From contig CBDFJR010000005.1 in assembly GCA_965248535.1 (NCBI GenBank), positions 2,080,001-2,144,000 on the forward strand: a DNA stretch of 64,000 nucleotides, given 5' to 3'. Below are positions 17,481 through 27,915 of the stretch, one piece after another; position 1 is the first letter of the stretch, and every line of letters starts with the position of its first letter. A model generated the notes under the pieces. The model searched no databases, had not been told where the DNA came from, and worked only from the letters and a program-made list of their open reading frames with translations. A program made the translations under genes and the position numbers. This DNA comes from Phormidesmis sp. GTDB lineage: Bacteria > Cyanobacteriota > Cyanobacteriia > Leptolyngbyales > Leptolyngbyaceae.

Positions 17481-18689
17481 ATGGTTTCCATTTTTGCAAA
17501 TCCGTCTGCGATCGACTCTTCTCGAATTCGTCCAGAGATTCAGGCGCTGCACGCTCAGTTAGTTGCGTGGCGCAGACAGTTGCATCAACATCCTGAACTG
17601 GGGTTTTGTGAGCAGCTAACTTCAGAATTTGTGGCTCAAAAACTTCAAGAATGGGGCATTGAGCATCAGACTCACATCGCTAAAACTGGGGTCGTGGCAA
17701 TCATTCAAGGCAACCGTCCCGGAAAGGTTTTAGCCATTCGGGCTGATATGGATGCGCTGCCCATTCAAGAAGAAAACGAGGTGCCCTATAAGTCACAGCA
17801 CAACGGACTGATGCACGCCTGCGGTCACGATGGACACACGGCGATCGCCCTAGGCACGGCGGCTTATTTGTCACAGCATCGTGACTTTGCTGGCACCGTT
17901 AAACTTATTTTTCAACCTGCCGAAGAAGGCCCAGGCGGAGCTTTGCCAATGGTTGAGGCTGGGGTGCTCAAAAATCCTGATGTCGATGCCATCATTGGGC
18001 TGCACTTGTGGAATCAGTTTCCGTTGGGCCTGGCGGGCATTCGATCGGGGGCGTTGATGGCGGCCGTCGAGACGTTTAGCTGCACTATTTTTGGCAAGGG
18101 TGGCCACGGTGCCATTCCGCAACAAACGATCGACTCGATCGTGGTAGCCTCGCAGGTGGTGAATGCGCTGCAAACGATCGTGGCGCGAAACATCGACCCG
18201 ATCGAGTCTGCGGTGGTGACGATCGGAGAATTTCATGCCGGAACGGCCTGCAACGTGATCGCGGATACGGCTCGGCTCAAGGGCACGGTTCGTTATTTCA
18301 ACCCAAAGTATGGCGATTATTTTGCCCCACGCCTTGAGCAAGTGATCGCCGGAATCTGCCAAAGCCACGGGGCCCGCTATGAGTTGAGCTATGAAAAGCT
18401 CTATCCGCCCGTGATTAACGATGGTGAGATCGCTGATTTAGTCCGATCGGTGGCTGCAACCGTGATTGAGTCGCCGTTAGGAATCGTTCCCAATTGTCAA
18501 ACGATGGGCGGTGAAGATATGTCATTTTTTCTACAGGCGATTCCGGGCTGTTATTTCTTTTTGGGGTCTGCTAACGCTGAGAAAGGATTAGACTATCCTC
18601 ACCATCATCCTCGATTTGATTTTGACGAAGCGGCCCTCAGCATCGGGGTTGAACTCTTTGTGCGCTGTGTCGAAAAGTTTTGCCAATAG
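17481..18689 (+). CDS. M20D amidohydrolase (N-acyl-amino acid hydrolase-like)
   Basis: RADMDALP, MHACGHDGH, QPAEEG, GGEDM, HHHPRFDFDE. Confidence 0.9.
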   Translation: MVSIFANPSAIDSSRIRPEIQALHAQLVAWRRQLHQHPELGFCEQLTSEFVAQKLQEWGIEHQTHIAKTGVVAIIQGNRPGKVLAIRADMDALPIQEENEVPYKSQHNGLMHACGHDGHTAIALGTAAYLSQHRDFAGTVKLIFQPAEEGPGGALPMVEAGVLKNPDVDAIIGLHLWNQFPLGLAGIRSGALMAAVETFSCTIFGKGGHGAIPQQTIDSIVVASQVVNALQTIVARNIDPIESAVVTIGEFHAGTACNVIADTARLKGTVRYFNPKYGDYFAPRLEQVIAGICQSHGARYELSYEKLYPPVINDGEIADLVRSVAATVIESPLGIVPNCQTMGGEDMSFFLQAIPGCYFFLGSANAEKGLDYPHHHPRFDFDEAALSIGVELFVRCVEKFCQ

Positions 18690-18878
18690 TTCACCCTTAA
18701 CCTGCCAAAGCGGTTGCTCTGGGACTCTCGTTGATTTCACCCACGATCGGACGCAAATCCTGACCCGTTTGTAGTGAATCTGGTGGATCAGTCGAAAATT
18801 TACAGGTGGAAAAGTTTTCTAATTGGTCAATTCTAACCATGAGACTTGAGACACTGTTTTGCCTGAGAGAAACTAGTT

Positions 18879-19268
18879 ATGAGCTTTTTATCGACTGTGA
18901 TCCCGCTTGCGGACGATCGCTCCCTACAGCCTCCTCATGTTGATGCTGTTTTGGGCATCGCTATTTTTGATCTAAATGGGCTGCCTACCGCCTATCTTAA
19001 AACCGAAGAAATGCCAAACATGAACTGGATTCAGACCGCATTTCAAGCGTTAGGGCTGCGGTTGCTGTTTGCCTCGATCACACCCGACGTGTTTCACCAT
19101 GCCGTGGTGCAGGGAGCCAATTGTTCTGTGCTAATCGTTCAACAAAAGCAGGAGTATATTGCCTTTTTGTTGCCGTTTACGCAGGGTGTTTCGATCGAGT
19201 GGATCAAGTGGGCACAAACCACCGACTATGCTCGATTGAGCCAGGTTAAGCGCTTTCAACGCACCTAG
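18879..19268 (+). CDS. Hypothetical protein
   Basis: 129-aa ORF filling the gap between convergent genes; GIAIFDLNGLP pattern. Confidence 0.55.
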   Translation: MSFLSTVIPLADDRSLQPPHVDAVLGIAIFDLNGLPTAYLKTEEMPNMNWIQTAFQALGLRLLFASITPDVFHHAVVQGANCSVLIVQQKQEYIAFLLPFTQGVSIEWIKWAQTTDYARLSQVKRFQRT

Positions 19269-19276
19269 CGATCGCG

Positions 19277-20896
19277 TCACAAAGCTGGACGGGGATAGGG
19301 CTTTAGCAAATTTTTGCCGCGATAGACGTGAAATTTGTTCACCACGACACCGCCTCGTCTGAGGGGCACTTCTCCCAGCTTTTCAAACTGTTGAAAGTAG
19401 GGCGCATAGCCTGCTGCAGAGTCTTCTTGGGTCTGAAACTGATCGGAGGTTAGATATAACCCATCTTTGCCAACCCACTGTTCGGCCGTTGACCAAAATG
19501 CAAAGCCCCGTACATCTTTTTGATCAAAACAAGTCACCGGGATGGGTGCCAACGGCGTTAAGGCCATGCCTACATGACCCGCCATGTGAAAGCGATTGCT
19601 AAAAATGAAATCAGCGTTTTTAAGGGCTGCTAAAAGCTGAGGAGATTGAGCAAAATTTTGACGAAGTTGCACCACATCTACTAGGTCGATCGAGGCATCA
19701 GCTTCAGGTGATAAAAAGCCACCAAAGATTCCATAGTGACTCGGTTTTTGCAGGGTGCCCAGGGTTATGTGAGAGAGGGCTGTGAGTAGCAGCAGGACGA
19801 TCGCGATCGCTGACCCCACGAGCCAGCGCCGCACAAGTTTGGGGTGCTGTTGCTGCCAGAGGGATGCTTGATAGCCGAGCAGAGGCGTGGCGGCAAACAA
19901 TCCGGGCATTGTCCAAGTGGGCAAAAGCTGCTGATAGCCGCCGATCAGGAAAAAGATCAAAAAAGCAGGCACCGACACCCAAACCACGAGCCATTGGCGA
20001 TCGCCGATCGCGTCCTGAGTTTTAGACTTGAAGGCTAATCGGAGCGCGGCTGAGAGACTCACCCATCCCAAGGGCAGCCCGATCGTGGGAAACAAATAAG
20101 CGCTGTGAATCAGCGCCGTCTCCAAGACGTTGGACACTTTATAGCGCTTGGCAGGAATGCTGCGATGGCTTTGAAATAGAACTGAAACCCAATCGTGCTG
20201 CCAGTTCCAATACAGCACTGGGGAGACGGCGATCGTAAACAGGGCAATGCTGACCAAAGCCCAGGGCGATCGTAGGGCAACTCGATGAGGCGCACTGGTG
20301 AGACAAAATCCGATCAGACCCACGCCCAACAAAACGCCATGATATTTGCTCAGACAGGCTAACCCGACCAGCAGCCCGATCGTCGCTAGTCGATAGCTGG
20401 GGCGATAAGGGGCATCATTCTGCGGAAAAAATTCTGCGGCGGCAACCCAAAGCGTCAGCGACCAAAACGCCATCAACGGCGCATCAGGCAGCGTCAAAAT
20501 GCCAAAACCGATCTGAAAAATGGGCGCGATCGCGGCGATCGTCAGCGCCAAAACGCCCGCTTGTTGAGAAAATAATCGCGCTGTGGCTCGATACAAAAAA
20601 TATAGCGCGGCCGTAAACAGCAAAAGCGCCCCTAATCGAATTGTAAACGGCGAAACATAGCCTGTAAGCCAAACCCCAAACCCCGTAGACAGCGCCACGA
20701 GCGGCGGATGGTCAAAATAGCTCCAGTTAGGATGCAGCGTATAGAGATAGTAGTAGGCTTCATCAAACCCCGGCGGCAGCCAGAGAGCAATCAGGCTTCT
20801 AAACGCCAACCCTGCGCCCAAAATCCAACCGACCGATCGAGGGGTTGAGTGGCTCCACTTTTTCAACATTGATTGCATCACGAGTTCGACATCCAA
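19277..20896 (-). CDS. ArnT/PMT-like (GT-C) glycosyltransferase
   Basis: DEAYY..SYFDHPPL, PDAPL, LSKYH; multi-TM; start may be 20878. Confidence 0.85.
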   Translation of the reverse strand: MDVELVMQSMLKKWSHSTPRSVGWILGAGLAFRSLIALWLPPGFDEAYYYLYTLHPNWSYFDHPPLVALSTGFGVWLTGYVSPFTIRLGALLLFTAALYFLYRATARLFSQQAGVLALTIAAIAPIFQIGFGILTLPDAPLMAFWSLTLWVAAAEFFPQNDAPYRPSYRLATIGLLVGLACLSKYHGVLLGVGLIGFCLTSAPHRVALRSPWALVSIALFTIAVSPVLYWNWQHDWVSVLFQSHRSIPAKRYKVSNVLETALIHSAYLFPTIGLPLGWVSLSAALRLAFKSKTQDAIGDRQWLVVWVSVPAFLIFFLIGGYQQLLPTWTMPGLFAATPLLGYQASLWQQQHPKLVRRWLVGSAIAIVLLLLTALSHITLGTLQKPSHYGIFGGFLSPEADASIDLVDVVQLRQNFAQSPQLLAALKNADFIFSNRFHMAGHVGMALTPLAPIPVTCFDQKDVRGFAFWSTAEQWVGKDGLYLTSDQFQTQEDSAAGYAPYFQQFEKLGEVPLRRGGVVVNKFHVYRGKNLLKPYPRPAL

Positions 20897-22626
20897 AAAC
20901 GAATCACTTGATAAATGCCGACTTGCCTTAGCTGTTGATAAGCCTGGGGCAATAGTTCTGCCTCGTTTAAAGTGCTAGCAGTAGTTACCATGAGAATCGA
21001 TCGCTGCGTCTTTTGTTGACGAACTTGAGCTAAATAAGGCTTAATCTTTGCAGAACGATTAAAAAACGTGATCGGCTGTTGGGTATAAAAAACCAGACTG
21101 GGCTTCTCAAACGAATCGGTTGCCATGACGATCGGTTCATTTGCCTGCCTGACTTGAATCACGATTTGGGCGACTTCGCGCAACGGCAACTGCCGCTCTG
21201 CGTCAAGAATTCCCATGAAAGGCGTGATAAAAAATAAAATAAAGGCGGCGTAGGTGGTCAGACTGACTCCCAAAAACCAAGGCATCTTGCGCCCAAGGAT
21301 TAGGAAAGTGCCGACGATCGCGCCGACGAGCCAGATCAAAAAGCCGACCTGCGGCAGTCGAGCCACCTGCATTTGCAGCCCTAAATGTGGCATGGAGGGG
21401 TCGCCATTCAGCCAGTTAGGACTGTAGAACGTCACCGCCGCCAGCGTGATGCACAACCCCAAGCTGACATAGACACTCAGCTTTAAGCCCCATTTTTGGG
21501 TAGGTTGCTGTATCTGATCGCGCCACCACAACGCCACAAGCACGGCAGCAGCCGGAACTAGGGGGAGCGTGTAGGTGATGTATTTGGTGACCGCGATCGT
21601 GAAAAATCCCAACACGACGACGAACCAGATCAGCGCAAATAATCCCAAATGGCTCGATCGCGCAGACTGTCGCCACGATCGGGGCTTGAAGCTATGCAGC
21701 AAAGCAGCAGGCAAATAGATCGACCCCGGAAAGAAGCCCACCAGCACAATCAGCAGGTGAAAATACCACGCGCCTTGGTGCTGATTGACCACATGGGTGA
21801 ACCGCTCTAAATTGTGGTAGCCAAAAAACGAGTGAACAAAGCCATTGCCGTTTCGCAAGTAGGCCAGCCCATACCACGGCAGACTAATCGCCCCAAACAT
21901 TACCAGTCCCGGCAAGAGCTTGATTTCTCGCAGCACCTCCCGCAGTTTGCCAACGCAGGTTAAGAAAATCAGCACGATCCCCCCCGGCAACACCACGCCG
22001 ACCGGCCCTTTGGTCAACACCGCCAGCGCCAGAAATCCATAGAATCCTAGATAAAACCGAGTCTGCCCTTGAGGATTTTCAGGCTGGGCATAGCCCAAAA
22101 AAAAGCTAAACAACGCCCCGCCAAAGCACACACTCAGCAGCATATCTGAATAGCCCAATCGCCCAAAAAAGAAGGTTTGCAGATTCAGCGCAAAGAGAGC
22201 AGACCCCAAAAAAGGCAGAATTTTGAGAGACGAAGGAGCGGGATTATAGCGTTCAACAAACCGCAGCGTGTAGAAGCAAAACCCTATCAATAGAGTGCCA
22301 GAAATCGCCGACGGCAACCGCGCTGCCCACTCGTTAACCCCGATCGTGTCATAAGCGATCGCCATCAGCCAATAGATCAACGGCGGTTTATCAAACCGAG
22401 TTATGCCATTGAAATAGGGCGTGATCCAGTCTCCGGTCACGGTCATTTGACGAGCAGCTTCAGCAAACAAAGGCTCTGTTTCGTCGAGCAACCCCGTGCT
22501 GCCCAAATGATTGAAAAAGACCAGCCCACTCAGCAGCAAGATCCACACAAGGGGCAGAAATCTCAGCCCTCGCCCAGATTTAACGATGGCTGCGATCGGG
22601 CGCTCAAACCCCTGCATATCCTTCAC
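20878..22626 (-). CDS. ArnT-like 4-amino-4-deoxy-L-arabinose transferase family protein
   Basis: DETEPLFAEAARQM..RFDKPPLIYW..ARLPSA..LTKGPVG. Confidence 0.87.
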   Translation of the reverse strand: MKDMQGFERPIAAIVKSGRGLRFLPLVWILLLSGLVFFNHLGSTGLLDETEPLFAEAARQMTVTGDWITPYFNGITRFDKPPLIYWLMAIAYDTIGVNEWAARLPSAISGTLLIGFCFYTLRFVERYNPAPSSLKILPFLGSALFALNLQTFFFGRLGYSDMLLSVCFGGALFSFFLGYAQPENPQGQTRFYLGFYGFLALAVLTKGPVGVVLPGGIVLIFLTCVGKLREVLREIKLLPGLVMFGAISLPWYGLAYLRNGNGFVHSFFGYHNLERFTHVVNQHQGAWYFHLLIVLVGFFPGSIYLPAALLHSFKPRSWRQSARSSHLGLFALIWFVVVLGFFTIAVTKYITYTLPLVPAAAVLVALWWRDQIQQPTQKWGLKLSVYVSLGLCITLAAVTFYSPNWLNGDPSMPHLGLQMQVARLPQVGFLIWLVGAIVGTFLILGRKMPWFLGVSLTTYAAFILFFITPFMGILDAERQLPLREVAQIVIQVRQANEPIVMATDSFEKPSLVFYTQQPITFFNRSAKIKPYLAQVRQQKTQRSILMVTTASTLNEAELLPQAYQQLRQVGIYQVIRFWMSNS

Positions 22627-23460
22627 CCTGGTTAAGGATTAATCGAACCCGATCGGCGACTTGATCGGGTTGCTCAACCATTGCCAGATGTCCGCAGTCA
22701 GAGATCTCTAGCACGTTGTCACCACAGCACCCAAATAAACGGTGAAAACTGGCAAGATGCTGCACATATTTAAGTTCCATAATCGGATCTTGAGAGCCAG
22801 CAATAAAATAGACGGGCTGCTTGAGCCGGGCCACCACCTGCGGCAGCAAATGCACCTCTGCCTCGGTTGTCGAGTCTAATAACGACCCCAGCGCCGCCTC
22901 TGCGTCAGCCGCGACAAAATCGACTAATCGCTGTTTTGCCCAGCTACGATCGAGCGTCTTGACCACACTGGCCCGTCTAAATACCCGATCGAGCAACGGC
23001 ACCTGAGTCAGCCACTTAGGGCGCAGCCTGACAATTTGCTTACCCACGTTGCGAAAGCGCTCAAACTGTTCTTTGAGATAAATTCCGCCCCCGCATTGAC
23101 GCAGATCACCCCTTTGACACGATCGGGCAGCAAATCGGCTCCCCACAGCGCTATGCTGCCGCCCAGAGAGTGACCGACCAACCAGGCTGTTTTAATCTCT
23201 AAGCGATCGAGCAACTCCCCTAGATCCTGCGCGTAAGCCTGCAAGCTATAGCCCGCCTGACTCTGGCAAGGCTGCGAGTCACCAAACCCCCGCAGATCAT
23301 AAGCGAGACATTGATGCTCGATCGCCAACTGCTCAATCAAAGGCTGCCAATAATGGCGGCTCAACAGCCAGCCGTGAATGAACACCAAAACCTCAGATGA
23401 ATTTGTGGGAGCCGTCAGATCATAAGCGTGCGGCGAACCCATTACTTGAATAGTAGGCAT
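22604..23460 (-). CDS. Alpha/beta hydrolase, split by a 1-bp frameshift at about 23088-23092
   Basis: FIHGWLLS, YDLRGFG, GHSLGG in one frame; continues as GGGIYLKE..CGHLAMVEQP in another frame at a C5 run. Confidence 0.8.
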
Positions 23461-23629
23461 GATTTCATCCTACCCTGAAGCAGATTCGCTTTTTGCCCTT
23501 CGTTCTGAGTGATCAAGAAGTTGCACTACTTTACGTCTCGTATAGGGTCAAAGACGGGCAGTGCATCGACATCTCAGAAGGATCGTGGCGAGCTGGGGTT
23601 TTCTTTGGGCTGTCTGACTGATGGGTCAA

Positions 23630-24223
23630 CTAGCGATCGGAGCGCAACGCTTGACGAAACTCGATCGCTGCGTCGTGCTGGTCAAAATAAGTGATATATC
23701 GACAGAACGCCTCAACTGGGAGGTCTGCGAGTAGCTCACTCCGATCGAGCTTGATATATTGACCGTCTCTCAGACAGTGGAACTCAAGCTTACCGTCTTC
23801 CCAGAACCAAACTTCAGCCACACCCAAGCGTCGGTAGCCTTCAAGCTTGTCGATTCCACCACTGGTGATCACGACTTCAATCACTAGGTCTGGATGAGGC
23901 TTGCGACTTCCAAGGTTATAAGACTCGTCGGGTTCATTTCTGGCACCGAGCGTTTTATCACCGAGAGAAGGGCCGCCACGCTTGTAGTAGCGGATGCTCT
24001 TTTCATCCATAAACACTTCTAGCAGTCGGGTGATGGTGCTTTTGAAGTCTTCATGTTCTGGGCTGACTGGCATGATTTCGAGTGACCCATCGAGATAGCA
24101 AAACTTGACACCGGGAATTGATTCAAACGATCGCTCGATCGCTTCAAATTGCTCCCATGTGACGTTGGGAAACACCTGGGCTTCACGTTTGCGGGGTGGA
24201 TGTAAAACGGGTGTGGTCATCAA
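23630..24223 (-). CDS. Uma2 (DUF820) family endonuclease-like protein
   Basis: VTWEQF, YLDGSLEIM, EPDESY, PDLVIEVVITSG, GVAEVWFW. Confidence 0.88.
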   Translation of the reverse strand: MMTTPVLHPPRKREAQVFPNVTWEQFEAIERSFESIPGVKFCYLDGSLEIMPVSPEHEDFKSTITRLLEVFMDEKSIRYYKRGGPSLGDKTLGARNEPDESYNLGSRKPHPDLVIEVVITSGGIDKLEGYRRLGVAEVWFWEDGKLEFHCLRDGQYIKLDRSELLADLPVEAFCRYITYFDQHDAAIEFRQALRSDR

Positions 24224-24292
24224 TCACAGACCTCTAAATCGAATTCTCTAGCACGTAATATTCTCGGTTAACCTGACCCCAGAATCTTGATC

Positions 24293-25018
24293 CTAAAATC
24301 TTCTTCCTAACAGTCGCTGCTTCACCCCTTCGGCAATTTTCTGCCCCAGATATTCCGGGATCAAGCTTTCATTGGGCCCCAGAAGATAGAGAATCAACCG
24401 CGTTCGTCCTCGCCAAACTAAGAGATTTGCGTTGACGACCAATAAATCTTCTTGCCAAATCGCATACATCACTTTATAAAACAGCCCTGGCTGGTTGTCA
24501 GCCTCAATTAGCAACGCAGGCAAGTGAAACACGGGATCAACATAGAATTCGGTCTCGACCTGCTCTAACCCAGCGTCTAAGTTAAACTCGACCGCTAACA
24601 TTTCTTCAACCTCAAATCGCCCTGCTAACGCCTCTCGGACGGCTCGACAGACATTTTCAGCCGTTTTATCGGTGAGCGCTTTGCCACTGCGAGACACGAT
24701 CAGCTTAATAAACACCAGCATGGGCGGATAGATTTGCCCATAGAGACTCAAGCTGTGAATCGTCAGCCCATAGGCCGCCAGCACCCCAAAAATATCGCTC
24801 AACAAAAAAGACTGATTGCGGTAGGCAAAGTGCAAGGCGCTTTTACTGCCTTCTGCCTTTAGCTCGATCACGGCTTGGCGAGTTTTATAGAGATGGTAGG
24901 CCAGCCTGAGATTTTGAAGCTGGATTTCGCTGCTGACAAATTGCTCATAAAACTGCGGAAACGCCCGATTGAAGCGCTTTAACAGTTCTAAAGTGGTTGG
25001 TTTTAAGCCCGGAGCCAT
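24293..25018 (-). CDS. Hypothetical protein with two ACT-like domains
   Basis: YRNQSFLLSDIFGVLAAYGLTI and EADNQPGLFYKVMYAIWQEDLLV resemble the tandem ACT domains of GlnD. Confidence 0.6.
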   Translation of the reverse strand: MAPGLKPTTLELLKRFNRAFPQFYEQFVSSEIQLQNLRLAYHLYKTRQAVIELKAEGSKSALHFAYRNQSFLLSDIFGVLAAYGLTIHSLSLYGQIYPPMLVFIKLIVSRSGKALTDKTAENVCRAVREALAGRFEVEEMLAVEFNLDAGLEQVETEFYVDPVFHLPALLIEADNQPGLFYKVMYAIWQEDLLVVNANLLVWRGRTRLILYLLGPNESLIPEYLGQKIAEGVKQRLLGRRF

Positions 25019-25253
25019 AGAGTGCAGGGAGACGTGCTCGCTAGATTATGAGGATAGAGGAAAGAAAAGGCAGCCGTGGGTCATCAGAGCAATTTAGCGC
25101 CAAATCGTTACAAATCGGAATGAATGCCGTTGAGTTGGCAAGCCTGTGGTTAACTGAAGTGATTTGCTGCCGTTGAGGAAGCTATCGCGAGAGAGTCCGA
25201 GCGATATACTATCTAGTACTGCTTCATGTTTATTACCTTCATCACACGCTTGC

Positions 25254-25775
25254 ATGGGTTTCTGGAAGAGCTTATTTAGTGGTACTGATGCCCCTGCTGC
25301 CTCAAAGGCAGCCCCAATGGATCGCTATGTCGGCGATGAAACCGACGATCGCACCACCAACCGCATTTTTTTTAGCACCGAACGGGATCTTGACCTGTAT
25401 GAGCTAGAAGAACTGTGTGATGCGGTGGGCTGGTCACGTCGCCCCCTGCGAAAGGTTAAAAAAGCCATTCAGCATAGTTTTTTGGTGGTCTCAATGTGGG
25501 AGCAGCGAGGAGCGCAGCGGCGGCTGATCGGGTTTTCTCGCGCCACCTCTGACCATGCGTTTAACGCCACCATTTGGGATGTGGTTGTCCATCCAGACTT
25601 CCAGGGCAAGGGGATGGGGAAGGCGTTGATGAAATACATGATTAAGAAGTTGCGCGGCGAAGACATTAGCAACATTACGCTGTTTGCCGATCCTCAAGTC
25701 GTTAATTTTTATCGTAATCTAGGTTTTATGTCTGACCCCGAAGGCATCAAAGGAATGTTTTGGTATCCAGACTAA
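25254..25775 (+). CDS. ycf52: GNAT acetyltransferase (Ycf52-like)
   Basis: [42 protein letters not shown]. Confidence 0.85.
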   Translation: MGFWKSLFSGTDAPAASKAAPMDRYVGDETDDRTTNRIFFSTERDLDLYELEELCDAVGWSRRPLRKVKKAIQHSFLVVSMWEQRGAQRRLIGFSRATSDHAFNATIWDVVVHPDFQGKGMGKALMKYMIKKLRGEDISNITLFADPQVVNFYRNLGFMSDPEGIKGMFWYPD

Positions 25776-25828
25776 ATTAAAGGTTCCCTATTTAGACAGC
25801 CGGAGTGCGAGAAACGCAGAATTTTGGG

Positions 25829-26239
25829 CTAGCCTAGCACTCGCGCTTGCTGGCTCCACTGCTCGACCTCCCCGATCGCCGGGCACAGATCTCGACGTTG
25901 CAGCGTGGCGACTTGCAGTTTGAGCAGTTGGCGATGCAGACGATCGAGGGGCATTTGGGCAAGATGGGTTGGTGAGGCTACGCCTGCGTGCAGCAATAAA
26001 CCACAATATTGACAGCCCACACCGGGAATTCTGGCGAGATCGGCGAGGGCAACCCATTTGTTGACATGGCGAATCGGAATCTGTAGCTGGCTGGCTAAGA
26101 TGCTCCGCTTTTCGGGGGTTTTGCCCTGTTGAAATAGCTGGAGAGTGGTGTGAATGCCGCAGGCGGTGAGGCGGCTGTGGTCGTCGGTGTTTAAGCCAGG
26201 AAGCTGGTCGATCGACCAGTCGGCTGAGGGGGTTTTCAC
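25829..26239 (-). CDS. DUF4332 domain protein
   Basis: KWVALADLARIPGVGCQYCGLLLHAGV HhH-like pattern. Confidence 0.75.
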   Translation of the reverse strand: MKTPSADWSIDQLPGLNTDDHSRLTACGIHTTLQLFQQGKTPEKRSILASQLQIPIRHVNKWVALADLARIPGVGCQYCGLLLHAGVASPTHLAQMPLDRLHRQLLKLQVATLQRRDLCPAIGEVEQWSQQARVLG

Positions 26240-26337
26240 AAAAATGCCTCAAATCTATGACCGAGTATCAGTCTAGCGGACTTTTCAAGTTGATTTCTTT
26301 AGAAACGAAAAGCAAGCTATACTGTCTAAGTGCACAA

Positions 26338-26411
26338 CGGGATGTAGCGCAGCTTGGTAGCGCGCCTGCTTTGGGAGCAGGATGCCGCAGGTTCGAATCC
26401 TGTCATCCCGA
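26338..26411 (+). tRNA. trnP: tRNA-Pro (TGG)
   Basis: CGGGATG/CATCCCG acceptor stem, CCTGC-TTTGGGA-GCAGG anticodon arm, GTTCGAATC T-loop. Confidence 0.96.
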
Positions 26412-26444
26412 TTGGTTTTAGTTTTTCTGAGATCGCGAGTTCAT

Positions 26445-27746
26445 TCATTTGGACGGGATCGCGATCGTCACTACTTGCGGCTGGCCCTTTAAAGAACTAG
26501 TGGAAAACGTTTGGCGGACGGTTTGGTGATTGAAGGTCACGATCGCTTCATAATCGCCGAAAAATGCTTGGGTTTGCCAGTGCCCTTGGGGGTCGGTTTT
26601 GCCCGTGGCTTGAGTCCACCATTGCTGATGCACTAGCGTTTGATAGGCGGTTCCGGCTGGTCTGGGCTGAAAGTTTTTGTTTAACAGAGCCGCTTTTGGC
26701 TCCCAGTGTGCGCCTTCCCAAAAGCCCCATTGATAAATGCCCTGCACGGCAGGATGGGCAAAGGCGACGCGCAGCACATCGGTTAGGATCTGGGCCTGTT
26801 CTGCCTCGGTGGCCGCCACTACGTCAAGTTCGGTAATTTTAATTGGCAGATGGAACTGAGCCAGGGTGTCTAGACTTTTCTGCACTTGCTGAGGGGTGAT
26901 CGGCTGGCGAATGTGTCCCTGAACGCCGATGCCCCCGATCGCCACGCCCTGATCAAGCAGCGATCGGATCTGCTGCACATAGGGGTCAAGCAGTTTGCCT
27001 GTGAGAATGTCATAGTCGTTGACGTAGAGAATGGCGGCGGGGTTGGCCTGTTGACAGGCTGCAAACATTTCTTTGACGATGCCATCGCCGAGCCGTCGCC
27101 GAAAAAAGTCTCCGTGCAGCATTTCGTTTAGCCCATCAAATTCGTCGATGCGCCCTCGATAGCGGTGGCAGACTTCTAAGGTGCGTTGCTGAACTGCCGA
27201 TCGCAGTTGAGGGTTGGTCAATTGTTTGACCCAAGGCTTGTTCCATTTTTCGACCTCCCAAAATAAAGCGTGCCCGCGCATTTTGAAGTGATTTTGCTCG
27301 CTCCAGGCGAGGATGCGATCGGCATCGGCGTAGGTGATGTGTCCTTGCTCAGATTCGGTTGAATACCATTTCAGCGCGTTTTCGTGAACGCTTGCGTTAA
27401 ATAGTTTCTTTGCCCACTTAAAGTAGTTTGCTTGATCGGACGGGTTGGTGCTGCTGACAAACAGGCGGGTATCTAAAGCGGTGCCAAACTCAAAGGCGTG
27501 TTGGGTTTGTTGCAGTTGAATTGTGGCGTTGGCGATCGGGCGCTCCTGCTGATCGACAACCCGAATCTCTACGGCTCCTTTTCTCAACTGCTGAATCTTC
27601 TGATCCCAACTCAGGGAGGGAGAAGGCTTTTGACCGATCGCCGACACCGAATAGATCACCGAAAGCGCGATCGTGATCACTAACAGCAATTTGCCCATCC
27701 ATGACCAGGATTTGAAAACCCCAAACCGTAGAACTCTCTTGTTCAT
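26445..27746 (-). CDS. GH10 glycoside hydrolase (endo-1,4-beta-xylanase family), exported
   Basis: ENALKW, MRGHALFW, DGLNE (acid/base), YVNDY, GIGVQGH, ITELD (nucleophile), WGFW. Confidence 0.88.
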   Translation of the reverse strand: MNKRVLRFGVFKSWSWMGKLLLVITIALSVIYSVSAIGQKPSPSLSWDQKIQQLRKGAVEIRVVDQQERPIANATIQLQQTQHAFEFGTALDTRLFVSSTNPSDQANYFKWAKKLFNASVHENALKWYSTESEQGHITYADADRILAWSEQNHFKMRGHALFWEVEKWNKPWVKQLTNPQLRSAVQQRTLEVCHRYRGRIDEFDGLNEMLHGDFFRRRLGDGIVKEMFAACQQANPAAILYVNDYDILTGKLLDPYVQQIRSLLDQGVAIGGIGVQGHIRQPITPQQVQKSLDTLAQFHLPIKITELDVVAATEAEQAQILTDVLRVAFAHPAVQGIYQWGFWEGAHWEPKAALLNKNFQPRPAGTAYQTLVHQQWWTQATGKTDPQGHWQTQAFFGDYEAIVTFNHQTVRQTFSTSSLKGQPQVVTIAIPSK

Positions 27747-27915
27747 GCCTTTAAAATCCGCATTACCACGCAGCCCTCAAGAAAGAATGCAGTCAAAAGG
27801 CATTTCTTGGCGATCGTAGCGTCTTTTAAGAAATCACCAAGCCGAAATTAATTAAGACAAAAAATAACGAGTGTGGTAACTATAGAGAGGTTTAAGTAGA
27901 TGCCTCCTTGTATAC

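Noticed and set aside
26338..27746. tRNA-Pro as an integration site for the GH10 gene
   Set aside because: No integrase or duplicated tRNA 3' end is visible, and HIP1 density is host-like.
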